From Colwellia sp. (GTDB taxonomy: Bacteria > Pseudomonadota > Gammaproteobacteria > Enterobacterales > Alteromonadaceae): DNA of 50,713 nucleotides. The notes below the pieces were generated by a model. That model made no database searches, had not been told where the DNA came from, and saw nothing but the letters and a program-made list of their open reading frames with translations. Below, piece after piece: positions 19,762-28,017 of this stretch. The stretch's first letter is position 1, and the number at the start of each line of letters is the position of its first letter. Location: the NCBI GenBank assembly GCA_022969175.1, contig JALJPB010000027.1, positions 1 to 50,713 on the forward strand. The letters run 5' to 3'. Position numbers and translations under genes: made by a program.

Positions 19762-19788
19762 GGACCTCCCCGTGAGGTCCTTTTTTTT
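19762..19788 (+). terminator. Rho-independent terminator (GGACCTC-cccgt-GAGGTCC-T8), 110 nt downstream of the polA stop
   Basis: Perfect 7-bp GC-rich stem followed by a T-run. Confidence 0.6.
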
Positions 19789-19983
19789 GCTAAAAATACA
19801 CAATATAGACAGTGTAAAGACAAGAAGAACAGTAAAATTGGTCTCTGCATTAAGTTGACAGTATTAATGATTGTAATGGATGGTTAACCCTTAACCCTAA
19901 CGACACACTTTGTGCTGTGAGTGTTGATAATAATCAGCGATTAACTGCAAAGCTCTTCTAGTGAGTACAAAGCAATATTGTAA

Positions 19984-20013
19984 TAAAATAAAATAAAATA
20001 AAATAAATTAAAT
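19984..20013. repeat. Simple (AAAAT)n microsatellite, about 5 units
   Basis: aaaataaaataaaataaaataaatt read directly. Confidence 0.6.
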
Positions 20014-20082
20014 AAAAGTGTAAGTTTTTGACCTTAGCCTTCACTAACACTATATAAATATTTAAAACAGGTCGGAAAAAAT

Positions 20083-20337
20083 ATGAGCATAACTTCACCA
20101 ACTTCACCAGCAAATATAAAGTCGAGTACGCAGCCTACTGAAAAAGCTATGCAGGGATTCTTAAAGATGCTGTCTTTTTATCTGCTTTCATTTACTTTTT
20201 GGATTGGGCTATTTATTAACAATGAAGGCCCTGGCGGTGTTGAATTACAACACTTGATATTGATGGGTGTTTGTCATGCGATGTTGATTTTCATACATTT
20301 CATAGGTGTGTTTCAAAGAGAAGAAGAAAATACTTAA
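20083..20337 (+). CDS. Hypothetical small membrane protein
   Basis: 84 aa; two hydrophobic segments; TTGACC-17-TATATA promoter-like sequence upstream; no recognisable family. Confidence 0.3.
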   Translation: MSITSPTSPANIKSSTQPTEKAMQGFLKMLSFYLLSFTFWIGLFINNEGPGGVELQHLILMGVCHAMLIFIHFIGVFQREEENT

Positions 20338-20474
20338 TCATCGCTAGTTAATCGCTAGTATCAAAAAGTGCCTTAGCATGTTTGATACAAGGGATATTTG
20401 GTATCTAGTCAAATTAACTGATAAGACTTTGTGTAATTAAATTACAATATGGTAAATTAATTACATTTTTACCT

Positions 20475-20503
20475 TTACAAGGTTAGAGTTATCACTCTAT
20501 AAT
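20475..20503 (+). promoter_or_regulatory. Near-consensus sigma-70 promoter TTACAA-N17-TATAAT
   Basis: -35 at 20475..20480, 17-nt spacer, perfect -10 at 20498..20503. Confidence 0.5.
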
Positions 20504-20509
20504 GCTCTT

Positions 20510-20597
20510 GTTCCCTAACGCGAACCTTGTTGTAATATTTTATTCTAGCTTTCCTCATAGCTAATACGCCGATAGCCTTGCTGTCGGCTTTTTTTTT
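20510..20597 (+). ncRNA. Candidate about 88-nt sRNA bracketed by the promoter at 20475 and an intrinsic terminator (GCCGATAGC-cttg-CTGTCGGC-T9)
   Basis: No ORF; promoter and terminator spacing define a discrete small transcript; not matched to a known sRNA family. Confidence 0.35.
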
Positions 20598-20684
20598 GCC
20601 TACAGGACGTAGGCAAGGGGCGTGAGCAGGAGCAGAAGCTTTGCCTACAGGAAGTAGGTAGGGCGAGAGCAGGAGGAGAAAGCT
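20598..20684 (+). repeat. Two tandem about 45-nt units, each starting with a hairpin GCCTAC-AGGA(c/a)-GTAGG followed by GGA-rich single-stranded sequence
   Basis: Unit 1 20598..20642, unit 2 20643..20684; AGGA sits in the hairpin loops; further GGA motifs (CAGGAG, CAGGAGGAG) in the linkers. Confidence 0.5.
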
Positions 20685-20932
20685 ACGGCTATTTATCGAA
20701 ATAAAGTGAAGTAAAAAATCCAAATGTTGCCATTAAATAACACCTTAAAATTTGAGAAATAACGTTTTAATTGTATTTATGCTGAGCATAGTTATGTTTA
20801 ATCAACAATTTTGAACTTGGTATGAAATTTAAATTATGGTGCTGAGACCAAATAGCTTGTAATTTTAAATCAAGTTCTATCGCTTTTTCATTCGATTCAT
20901 TTCTGATTGGATTATTACTCTTTATTTCTTGA

Positions 20933-21146
20933 GAAGAATTAGCGGCAGTTTCAAAAAAATCACCGCATCATAACGACTCAGTTCATCTTCCAAAGAGCTG
21001 TGCATGGTAGTAAAAAAATCCTGTTCAGGACCAGGCCAATAAGCAAGACCAGCTAAGCTTCCTCGGTCAGATAAAATTATACGGTTAGGGTGCATAGTAC
21101 GAACAGCATGCTCTAAGTGTTTTTGTAAATTTAAAATCGCAATTTA
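20933..21146 (-). pseudogene. 5'-truncated gene remnant (about 70 codons, no start codon), reading ...LEHAVRTMHPNRIILSDRGSLAGLAYWPGPEQDFFTTMHSSLEDELSRYDAVIF...
   Basis: Open frame between two stops without an in-frame start and RBS; flanked by repeats and non-coding DNA. Confidence 0.25.
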
Positions 21147-21248
21147 ATGAGCCATTGCGATAAAAAGTTGAAAGATTGTATTATCATAGCAGTATGGAAA
21201 GCGGTTAAGATTATTACCCATCAATAAAAGTGACGTTGAGGAAGTATT

Positions 21249-21473
21249 ATGACATTAGATACAGATGTAGGGAGTATAGAAAATATAGAAAAAGCATTAT
21301 GCCCAGTATGTCAAAACAACAACAATTGTGATGTAAAAAATAATGCCGGCTGCTGGTGTATGACCATAGATGTACCTGCCGCACTGATTGAAAGCCTTAA
21401 AAGTAGCGATAAAGATAAACGCTGTATTTGCCAAGCTTGCATTGAAAAATTTAAACTTGGCAAAAGTGTATAA
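21249..21473 (+). CDS. Cysteine-rich CWC-family small protein
   Basis: 74 aa; CPVC-x5-C...GCWCM...CICQAC cysteine pattern reminiscent of the Cys_rich_CWC family. Confidence 0.45.
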   Translation: MTLDTDVGSIENIEKALCPVCQNNNNCDVKNNAGCWCMTIDVPAALIESLKSSDKDKRCICQACIEKFKLGKSV

Positions 21474-21486
21474 GTTACACCGTTAG

Positions 21487-21906
21487 TTATTCGGTTTGGC
21501 TTGAGTCCATATTTTTAAGAGAGCGTAGAAACAAACCCAATCCACCTATTGCCAGTACTAGAATAGTGATTAAATCAAATGCACTCATGGTTTTAAAACT
21601 GAAACGTATTGAAGAGATAACACCAAAGATTAAGCCGGTAATAGAGCCTAAAGCCAGTAACCAGCCTAAAATATTTTTGCTGTTATAAAATATAATGCCG
21701 ATGCCAATCATAAATGGGATCATAATTATGCCGCTGGTAATACTGTAGTTACCACCAAAGGCTGAAACACCGTATAACCTTGCACCCATACCAAAATTAG
21801 AAGAAACCGATATTGCGTTAAGTAGCAAATAAAAGCCTCCACACATCATAATAAAACCAATAAAAAATTGACCTAAACCACCTGATGTTCCACCTGCTCC
21901 TCGCAT
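21487..21906 (-). CDS. Hypothetical integral membrane protein (four TM segments)
   Basis: 139 aa; Gly-rich N-terminus then four hydrophobic helices. Confidence 0.5.
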   Translation of the reverse strand: MRGAGGTSGGLGQFFIGFIMMCGGFYLLLNAISVSSNFGMGARLYGVSAFGGNYSITSGIIMIPFMIGIGIIFYNSKNILGWLLALGSITGLIFGVISSIRFSFKTMSAFDLITILVLAIGGLGLFLRSLKNMDSSQTE

Positions 21907-21998
21907 ACTTAATCCTTTTTTTTTGTGTTTGTTTATTGTAATTATTGTCTGTCTTTATTTTATTGTGAATAGGTAAAAGCCCTATTTAATGAGTGCTA

Positions 21999-22187
21999 TT
22001 ATGCCGCCATTAAATAGGACTCTTGTCCTTTATATTTTGCTTTACGCTGGTATGCGCCTTTACCTTTCTTAGCCTTAACAACTTGAACTTTATAGGCTTT
22101 AGATGTCACCAGTGCAGCAAGAAAATTATCTTTAATTTCGCCTCTACCAATATCAATGGCGTGAGATTTGTTTTTTGATTTACTCAT
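21999..22187 (-). CDS. arfA: Alternative ribosome-rescue factor A
   Basis: 62 aa; GEIKDNFLAALV...KAKKGKGAYQRKAKYKG aligns with E. coli ArfA (GQIKDNAIEALL...KNKKGKGSYMRKGKH). Confidence 0.65.
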   Translation of the reverse strand: MSKSKNKSHAIDIGRGEIKDNFLAALVTSKAYKVQVVKAKKGKGAYQRKAKYKGQESYLMAA

Positions 22188-22298
22188 TATTTACTCTCTT
22201 TATCGTTTTAGATTTTGATTAGGTATTAATTGTTAATACCTGCGTATTATATCTGAGACTTGAGAGTATTCAATAATGAAATTTATAAACTACCTTAA

Positions 22299-22715
22299 CT
22301 AATACCGATTTCGTTGGCTGGGTACATCACTAAGGTATTCAACAAACTCTACTTCAAAGCCATTTGGGTCTAAAAAGTAGACATTTTTACGATACTCATC
22401 TTCAGCCCCCTGCTTATCTACAGAAAAACCAACACTGGCTAAGCGTTCTATCATCGCATTAAGATTGTTTGTTACAAACGCAAAGTGCGCTAACCCTACT
22501 TGATGGCCACTCAGATCTCTATTGCTATCAATACCATCATCGTTAAAGGTTAGGTATTGGTAATCGTCACCAAAATGGACCCAGTTTCTAGGTTTGCCAT
22601 GCCACTTACTTTTATCGCCGCCCCTTATCGACCAATGTGGAAACGCAGCCTGGTAAAAAGTTAAGGTTTCTGGGATATCGCGTACAACTAAATTTAAGTG
22701 TTCAAGGTGTAACAT
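22299..22715 (-). CDS. VOC/glyoxalase-bleomycin-resistance-dioxygenase superfamily protein
   Basis: 138 aa; LHLEHLNLVVRD...HFAF and C-terminal YFLDPNGFEVEFVE typical of VOC beta-alpha-beta-beta-beta modules. Confidence 0.7.
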   Translation of the reverse strand: MLHLEHLNLVVRDIPETLTFYQAAFPHWSIRGGDKSKWHGKPRNWVHFGDDYQYLTFNDDGIDSNRDLSGHQVGLAHFAFVTNNLNAMIERLASVGFSVDKQGAEDEYRKNVYFLDPNGFEVEFVEYLSDVPSQRNRY

Positions 22716-22774
22716 AGTGCTTCCTTAGTTAGCCAAGTGCTAACGGATAATTTATTTAAAAACTAATGTATGAT

Positions 22775-23389
22775 TTACATGCCATAAGCATACTCTTGTT
22801 GTTTTGGGTATACGTCACTCAATTTCTGGTTACGAATGGTCGCCAATGCTCTGCTGTATTGATGCAACATTTGTAACGAGTAGCCAATCCGGTCACGCAA
22901 ACTAATATCTCGTTCTTCAAGTGGTTTGGTCGTTGGAGCATTTAGCACTTGTTCAACATTTCTGATAATTAAGTGATCAGGCACGGCGACCAATTTATTG
23001 TTTTTCATAGCGTTCATTCTTAATTCGGCAATGGGATAGGCACCACTTATGCCATTAACTACCGAAACTAGTAAGGCAGGTTTATGACCGGTCTCTGAAA
23101 CAGTCGCCATCAGTAAGAAGTTTTTCAAAATTGGTGTTGCCATTCCTCCCCATTCAGGAGTAATCAGAATGAAAGCATCTGCCTGAATCAGTTGATGACT
23201 TATATATTGCCAAGCACTGGAATCATCATTTTTTGATGACTGCTCACCATCCCAAAAAGGTAAGTTAAAATTACAGAGTTCAATATGGTTAACCTCCTCA
23301 AAAACTTGTGAGTGATGTCGAAGAAATTCAGCTACTTTTGCACTTTGCGAATGTTTTCTTTGACTGCCACTAATAATAACTAACTTCAT
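22775..23389 (-). CDS. NAD(P)H-dependent FMN reductase family flavoprotein (flavodoxin-like fold)
   Basis: 204 aa; MKLVIISGSQRKHSQS N-terminus and ITPEWGG motif characteristic of the FMN_red family. Confidence 0.75.
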   Translation of the reverse strand: MKLVIISGSQRKHSQSAKVAEFLRHHSQVFEEVNHIELCNFNLPFWDGEQSSKNDDSSAWQYISHQLIQADAFILITPEWGGMATPILKNFLLMATVSETGHKPALLVSVVNGISGAYPIAELRMNAMKNNKLVAVPDHLIIRNVEQVLNAPTTKPLEERDISLRDRIGYSLQMLHQYSRALATIRNQKLSDVYPKQQEYAYGM

Positions 23390-23454
23390 ATGTAAACCTT
23401 TTTGTTTGTTAATATGTATATAAAGTAAATGATTTATTAAAGGATGTAAATAAC

Positions 23455-23478
23455 TATATAAACATTTTTGTTTATATA
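23455..23478. promoter_or_regulatory. Inverted repeat TATATAAAC-atttttg-TTTATATA in the divergent promoter region, with a third TATAAAC half-site at about 23493
   Basis: Read directly; lies between the divergent FMN-reductase and SMP-30-like genes. Confidence 0.3.
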
Positions 23479-23644
23479 TCTAGCTATAGAAAAAATATAA
23501 ACATGACAACTGCAGTCTTAAGTTAAATAAAACAAGCAATTAAAATCAAAGTTTCAATAATTACTCGCTTTCTTTAATCAGTTAAACTATTGTCTGTTTC
23601 TTTCAATAACAACACCATCCAACTATTAAGTTGCAGGAATAGCG

Positions 23645-24742
23645 ATGAAGAAAATCATTATTAAGGCTTCAATGAGTTTGTTACTTTTGCTCATTATCTA
23701 CTTATTGACTTGGCCTGTTGCCATTGACCCAGTAGTTTGGCAAACACCTGAAAATAAAGGTTATGAGAACAATTTAACCCCTAATAACTTGTTGAGTAAA
23801 ATTAAGCCCATCGGCATAGGTGATAATTATGGACCTGAAGCAATAGCATTTGACCAACAAGGAAGGATTTATACGTCTACCCATCATGGCAATATTGTTC
23901 GTTTACAAGCCGATGGTACAAATCCTGAAAACTGGGTGAATACGGGTGGCAGACCATTGGGTATTGCCTTCGATAATGACGGGAATTTGATAGTTGCCGA
24001 TGCTTTTCGAGGTTTATTATCAATAAATATTGCAGGTGATATTTCATTATTGACCGATAAAGCTGATGGAGTAGCCATACGCTATGCTAATGATGTAGAT
24101 GTAGCGACTAACGGTAAAATATATTTTTCTGATGCAACAATAAAATTTGGCGCTAAAGAGTTTAACGGCACTTACCCTGCAAGCTTGCTTGCCCTGATGG
24201 AACATGGCAGTGATGGTCGTTTATTGGAATATGACCCAGCTACAGGGAAAACGTTAACCTTGTACAGTGGTTTGAATTTCGCTAATGGTGTTGCCATCAG
24301 TGATGATCAAAGCTATTTATTGATTAATGAAACAGGCAATTACCGTGTACATAAATATTGGTTAACTGGAGATAAAAAGGGCAAGACAGAAGTGATTATC
24401 GATGAGTTACCGGCATTTCCTGATAACATTACAACAGGCATCAATGGGCGGTTTTGGCTAGCATTAGTATCACCACGCAACTCCTTACTTGATAAGCTAT
24501 CAGACAAACCATTTATTAGAAAAATCATCCAACGTTTACCTGCAGCGATTAGGCCTAAAGCTGTACCCTATGGACATATTATTGCGATAAATGGCGATGG
24601 TGATATCTTGGAAAATTTGCAAGAACCTATTGCCAGCCATCCAATTAATACCAGCGTTGCTGAAAACGAAAAGTTCCTTTATATTGGCAGTTTGGTTACA
24701 CCGACTATTGGTCAACTGAATAAAGCAGAAATAGGTTTATAG
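23645..24742 (+). CDS. SMP-30/gluconolactonase/LRE-like (strictosidine-synthase-like) six-bladed beta-propeller protein, secreted or membrane-anchored
   Basis: 365 aa; N-terminal signal anchor; repeated GRxxG / FxDxxGN / YFSDA blade motifs. Confidence 0.65.
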   Translation: MKKIIIKASMSLLLLLIIYLLTWPVAIDPVVWQTPENKGYENNLTPNNLLSKIKPIGIGDNYGPEAIAFDQQGRIYTSTHHGNIVRLQADGTNPENWVNTGGRPLGIAFDNDGNLIVADAFRGLLSINIAGDISLLTDKADGVAIRYANDVDVATNGKIYFSDATIKFGAKEFNGTYPASLLALMEHGSDGRLLEYDPATGKTLTLYSGLNFANGVAISDDQSYLLINETGNYRVHKYWLTGDKKGKTEVIIDELPAFPDNITTGINGRFWLALVSPRNSLLDKLSDKPFIRKIIQRLPAAIRPKAVPYGHIIAINGDGDILENLQEPIASHPINTSVAENEKFLYIGSLVTPTIGQLNKAEIGL

Positions 24743-24821
24743 TGAGTATTATTATCTCTAGATGGTATACGCGTACTCATGACAAACCACTTAAAATATA
24801 GTGTAGTTTGCTTGATGAGTT

Positions 24822-25799
24822 TTATTGATTCGCTTTATTGAGTGTTTCAGAGGGCAGCTCTTTAAAAAGTTGACGATACTCACCTGCAAAACGTCCTAAT
24901 TCAATAAATCCCCAGTTTAGTGCTATATCAACCACCTTGTCCTTTTTTGGCTGAGAAATGAGCAACTCTCGTCTGACACCATTTAATCGTTGTAACCTTA
25001 AATAACGAATAGGTGTTACGCCTAGGTATTCTTTAAAAGCGTATTGCAGACTTCTTTCACTTAAGTTAGCTATTTGACACAACTCAGGGATGGTAGGTAC
25101 GTCATCAAAATAATGATGTAAATAGTCGATTACTCTACGTACACCTATATGTCGATTTGATTGACTTGCTGGTTTTTCAGCACATGGGGTTGTAAAGTTC
25201 AACGCATTGAGTAGCAACTTCAGTATACTGTCACCGATCATGCGAAGGGCGTTTTCTTTTGCCAATATTTCTGGATTTTTCTGAACAACATTAATAATGC
25301 TATTTAGCCCTTGAGCGTAATTAGTTAAAGCTAGCGGGTCGGTTAGACAGGCTTTACTTATTAGCCAGTCATTTGGTATTTCTTGACCAGTGAGTCGTTC
25401 AATATTGCGACTAAAGGTTTCCCTGTTGAAAGCGGCAACAACAAAGTTTAAGTTGTTTTTAAAGCTTGCATCCCAAAAACCTCCGGTTGCTTGAAGAATG
25501 GTATTTTTTTGCCTAGCCTTGCCACAAAAATTAAAATCATCAGCATTGGATAATACCGCTGCAAAGGGTACAAAACTGCTCACTGGGGCTGCTTCAATTA
25601 ATGCACCTGCGGTAAGTTTCTCACGAAAAACTTGTACACCACCTAAGTTAATTTCTAAATAATGCCCCTGTAAGTGCCCAGGCTGTAATTGAGTATATCT
25701 GCGGTTTTTATTTATTTGAAACTGAGATAATTCGTCAATGTCAGATGTTGATATACCCCTGACATTGCTGGTGTGGGGAGTTTCTTTGTGAGAAGTCAT
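24822..25799 (-). CDS. AraC-family transcriptional regulator, divergent from the sulfatase gene
   Basis: 325 aa; C-terminal AraC HTH (IPELCQIANLSERSLQYAFKEYLGVTPIRYLRLQRL). Confidence 0.8.
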   Translation of the reverse strand: MTSHKETPHTSNVRGISTSDIDELSQFQINKNRRYTQLQPGHLQGHYLEINLGGVQVFREKLTAGALIEAAPVSSFVPFAAVLSNADDFNFCGKARQKNTILQATGGFWDASFKNNLNFVVAAFNRETFSRNIERLTGQEIPNDWLISKACLTDPLALTNYAQGLNSIINVVQKNPEILAKENALRMIGDSILKLLLNALNFTTPCAEKPASQSNRHIGVRRVIDYLHHYFDDVPTIPELCQIANLSERSLQYAFKEYLGVTPIRYLRLQRLNGVRRELLISQPKKDKVVDIALNWGFIELGRFAGEYRQLFKELPSETLNKANQ

Positions 25800-26041
25800 C
25801 GCTTATTAACATCCTTATTATATAAGCTTTATAAAGACAAAATTGAATTAATGAACAATTTAAAAGTGAGTTTTCGGAAACTGCATACTCAAGAGTCCTG
25901 AACGTTCATATACTACCTAAGATACTATAAATGGATTTTAAACCTCAATACAGCTTTATTTATTTCCAGTACAGCAGTCGTCATTGTGGATATAAACCGA
26001 TGTAGTCCATTGAAAATTAATTAAACACTTTGGAAACATTT

Positions 26042-27796
26042 ATGAAAAAAATAATAACACTTCTTGCTACGGTTATATTACTAACCAGTTGTGCGGAACA
26101 TTCAGCGTCAGTTCAGCCTAAAACTGAGACACAAGCAGCTGAAAAGAAACCCAATATTCTACTCTTGGTTGCTGATGACACAGCTTTTGGCGATATCGGT
26201 GCTTATGGCTCAGAAGTTCATACCCCTAATATGAATAAAATTGCTGAAGCTGGGATTCGTTTTACTAATTTCCACGTATCTCCAGTTTGTTCAGTAACTC
26301 GTTCAATGCTTCTTACCGGTAACGATAATATTGAAGTGGGTCTAGGATCATTTGATTATTCTATTTATCCAGCGACAAGAGGAAAAAAAGGTTATGAAGG
26401 TTATCTCACTAAAAATGCAGTGACCATTTCTGAATTATTAAACGATGATGGTTATGAAGTCTATAAGTCAGGTAAATGGCATTTAGGTGGCGACGAAGCG
26501 GGTGGCAAGCCGCCTTTAGATTGGGGTTTCACTAAAGAGTTCGGTATTTTATCTGGAGGGTCTAATCATTGGAATAACTTAGCAATGACACCCGACTTTA
26601 AAGATCCCAATGGCCTTAATGTTAAAAGAAAAGAAGACTGGACCTTAAATGGCGAAGAATATGATCGCCCTGAAGGAATTTATTCTGGTGAGATATACAC
26701 TAATCAAATGTTAGAGTTTATCAAAGATGGCGCCAAAAAAAATAAACCATGGTTTGCTTATATGGCTTTTACTACCGCTCATTTCCCAGTACAAGCACCC
26801 AAAGATCTAATCATGAAGTATTATCCTAAATACCTAGAGCTAGGATACGCAGGATTAAAAAAATCTCGATATGAAAGCCTTAAAGCTGAAGGGTTAATTT
26901 CACATGAAGCGACAGAAGCACCGTTTAATAGCTTAACTAAACGATGGGAAAGTCTTTCACAAGAAAATAAAGAAAAACAAGCTAAAATAATGGCCACTTA
27001 TGCCGCTATGATTGAAGATCAAGACAATAGGATTGGTCAAATTTTAGCGTATTTAAAAGAGTCAGGTCAGTTAGACAATACACTAGTCATCTACATGACA
27101 GATAACGGCCCTGAAGGTTTTGAACCGACCAATCCAAAAACTGGCAACCCAGAAATGGCAAAATGGGTCGACACTCAATTTGATTCCTCTTTCGAAGCGA
27201 TTGGTACCGCCAACTCTGAAAATGTTATTGGTACCTCTTGGGCAAATGCTGCAACAGGCGGATTACAATGGTGGAAATGGTTTATTGGCGAAGGTGGCAC
27301 CCGTGTACCACTAATGATCGTTCCTCCTGGTGGCTTCAGTTCTGATTACGATCGAGCTGGTGAAAAATCAAATGCGGTGGTTTATGTGAAAGATGTTCCT
27401 ATGACCATATTAGAATATGCCAATGTTAAGCACCCAATGACTCAATACAAAAATAAAAAGGTCATACCGCCTAGTGGTATTAGCATCAAACCTTTCTTAG
27501 ATGGTCAGTCTGAAGTGGTAAGAACCGAGAAAGACTGGTGGGCATTTGAACTCTTTGGTAATGGTTACGTTATGCAAGGTGAGTTTAAAGCGATGAAAGT
27601 AAGAACAGGTATGTTTGGTGATGGACAATGGCATTTATATAATGTCGTTTCTGACCCATCTGAGTCTAAGCCACTAGAAATTAAGCAACCAGAAAAATTA
27701 GCCGCGATGATTGCCTTGTATAAAGGCTATGTTGTCAAAAATAATATCATAGAAGTAGATGCAAGTTGGAGTCCGTTCCAAGGCGCTAGTCAGTAA
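26042..27796 (+). CDS. Sulfatase-family (alkaline-phosphatase superfamily) lipoprotein with a non-canonical C-S-V-T-R active-site motif
   Basis: Lipobox LLTSC; PVCSVTRSMLLTGN aligns to the sulfatase signature P-[VL]-C-[ST]-P-S-R-x-x-LLTG with Val in place of Pro; GKWHLG motif; the ORF-track start at 26030 is TTG, ATG at 26042 preferred. Confidence 0.8.
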   Translation: MKKIITLLATVILLTSCAEHSASVQPKTETQAAEKKPNILLLVADDTAFGDIGAYGSEVHTPNMNKIAEAGIRFTNFHVSPVCSVTRSMLLTGNDNIEVGLGSFDYSIYPATRGKKGYEGYLTKNAVTISELLNDDGYEVYKSGKWHLGGDEAGGKPPLDWGFTKEFGILSGGSNHWNNLAMTPDFKDPNGLNVKRKEDWTLNGEEYDRPEGIYSGEIYTNQMLEFIKDGAKKNKPWFAYMAFTTAHFPVQAPKDLIMKYYPKYLELGYAGLKKSRYESLKAEGLISHEATEAPFNSLTKRWESLSQENKEKQAKIMATYAAMIEDQDNRIGQILAYLKESGQLDNTLVIYMTDNGPEGFEPTNPKTGNPEMAKWVDTQFDSSFEAIGTANSENVIGTSWANAATGGLQWWKWFIGEGGTRVPLMIVPPGGFSSDYDRAGEKSNAVVYVKDVPMTILEYANVKHPMTQYKNKKVIPPSGISIKPFLDGQSEVVRTEKDWWAFELFGNGYVMQGEFKAMKVRTGMFGDGQWHLYNVVSDPSESKPLEIKQPEKLAAMIALYKGYVVKNNIIEVDASWSPFQGASQ

Positions 27797-27816
27797 GTTA
27801 CTTTGATAAAAACTCA

Positions 27817-27845
27817 TTTACGGTCGTTAAAAAAACGACCGTAAA
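27817..27845. terminator. Bidirectional intrinsic terminator between convergent genes (TTTACGGTCG-ttaaaaaaa-CGACCGTAAA)
   Basis: Perfect 10-bp inverted repeat with an A/T-rich loop and flanks. Confidence 0.65.
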
Positions 27846-28017
27846 TCCCATCTAATACCAAACAGACTAATTAATTGATCACCTTCAGATGGTTGAAACA
27901 TCCATCTTCTGCAGTGTGCTCAATCCCAATAGCCAGCTATTGCTCAATCACACACCTTGAACTTGAATATTTATCCTCATTGAATTTTGATGACTTATTT
28001 AATCCGTCTGGTATAAA

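Noticed and set aside
19653-19788. Spot 42 (spf) sRNA identity
   Set aside because: Position is right, but the conserved Spot 42 5' region (GUAGGGUACAGAGGUAAGAUGUUCUAUC...) is not present on either strand; kept only as a low-confidence candidate sRNA or 3' UTR.
20475-20723. 82-aa minus-strand ORF
   Set aside because: Overlaps the plus-strand promoter, terminator hairpin and tandem AGGA repeats; the translation is a repeat artefact (PVGKASAPAHAP / PVGKKKADSKA).
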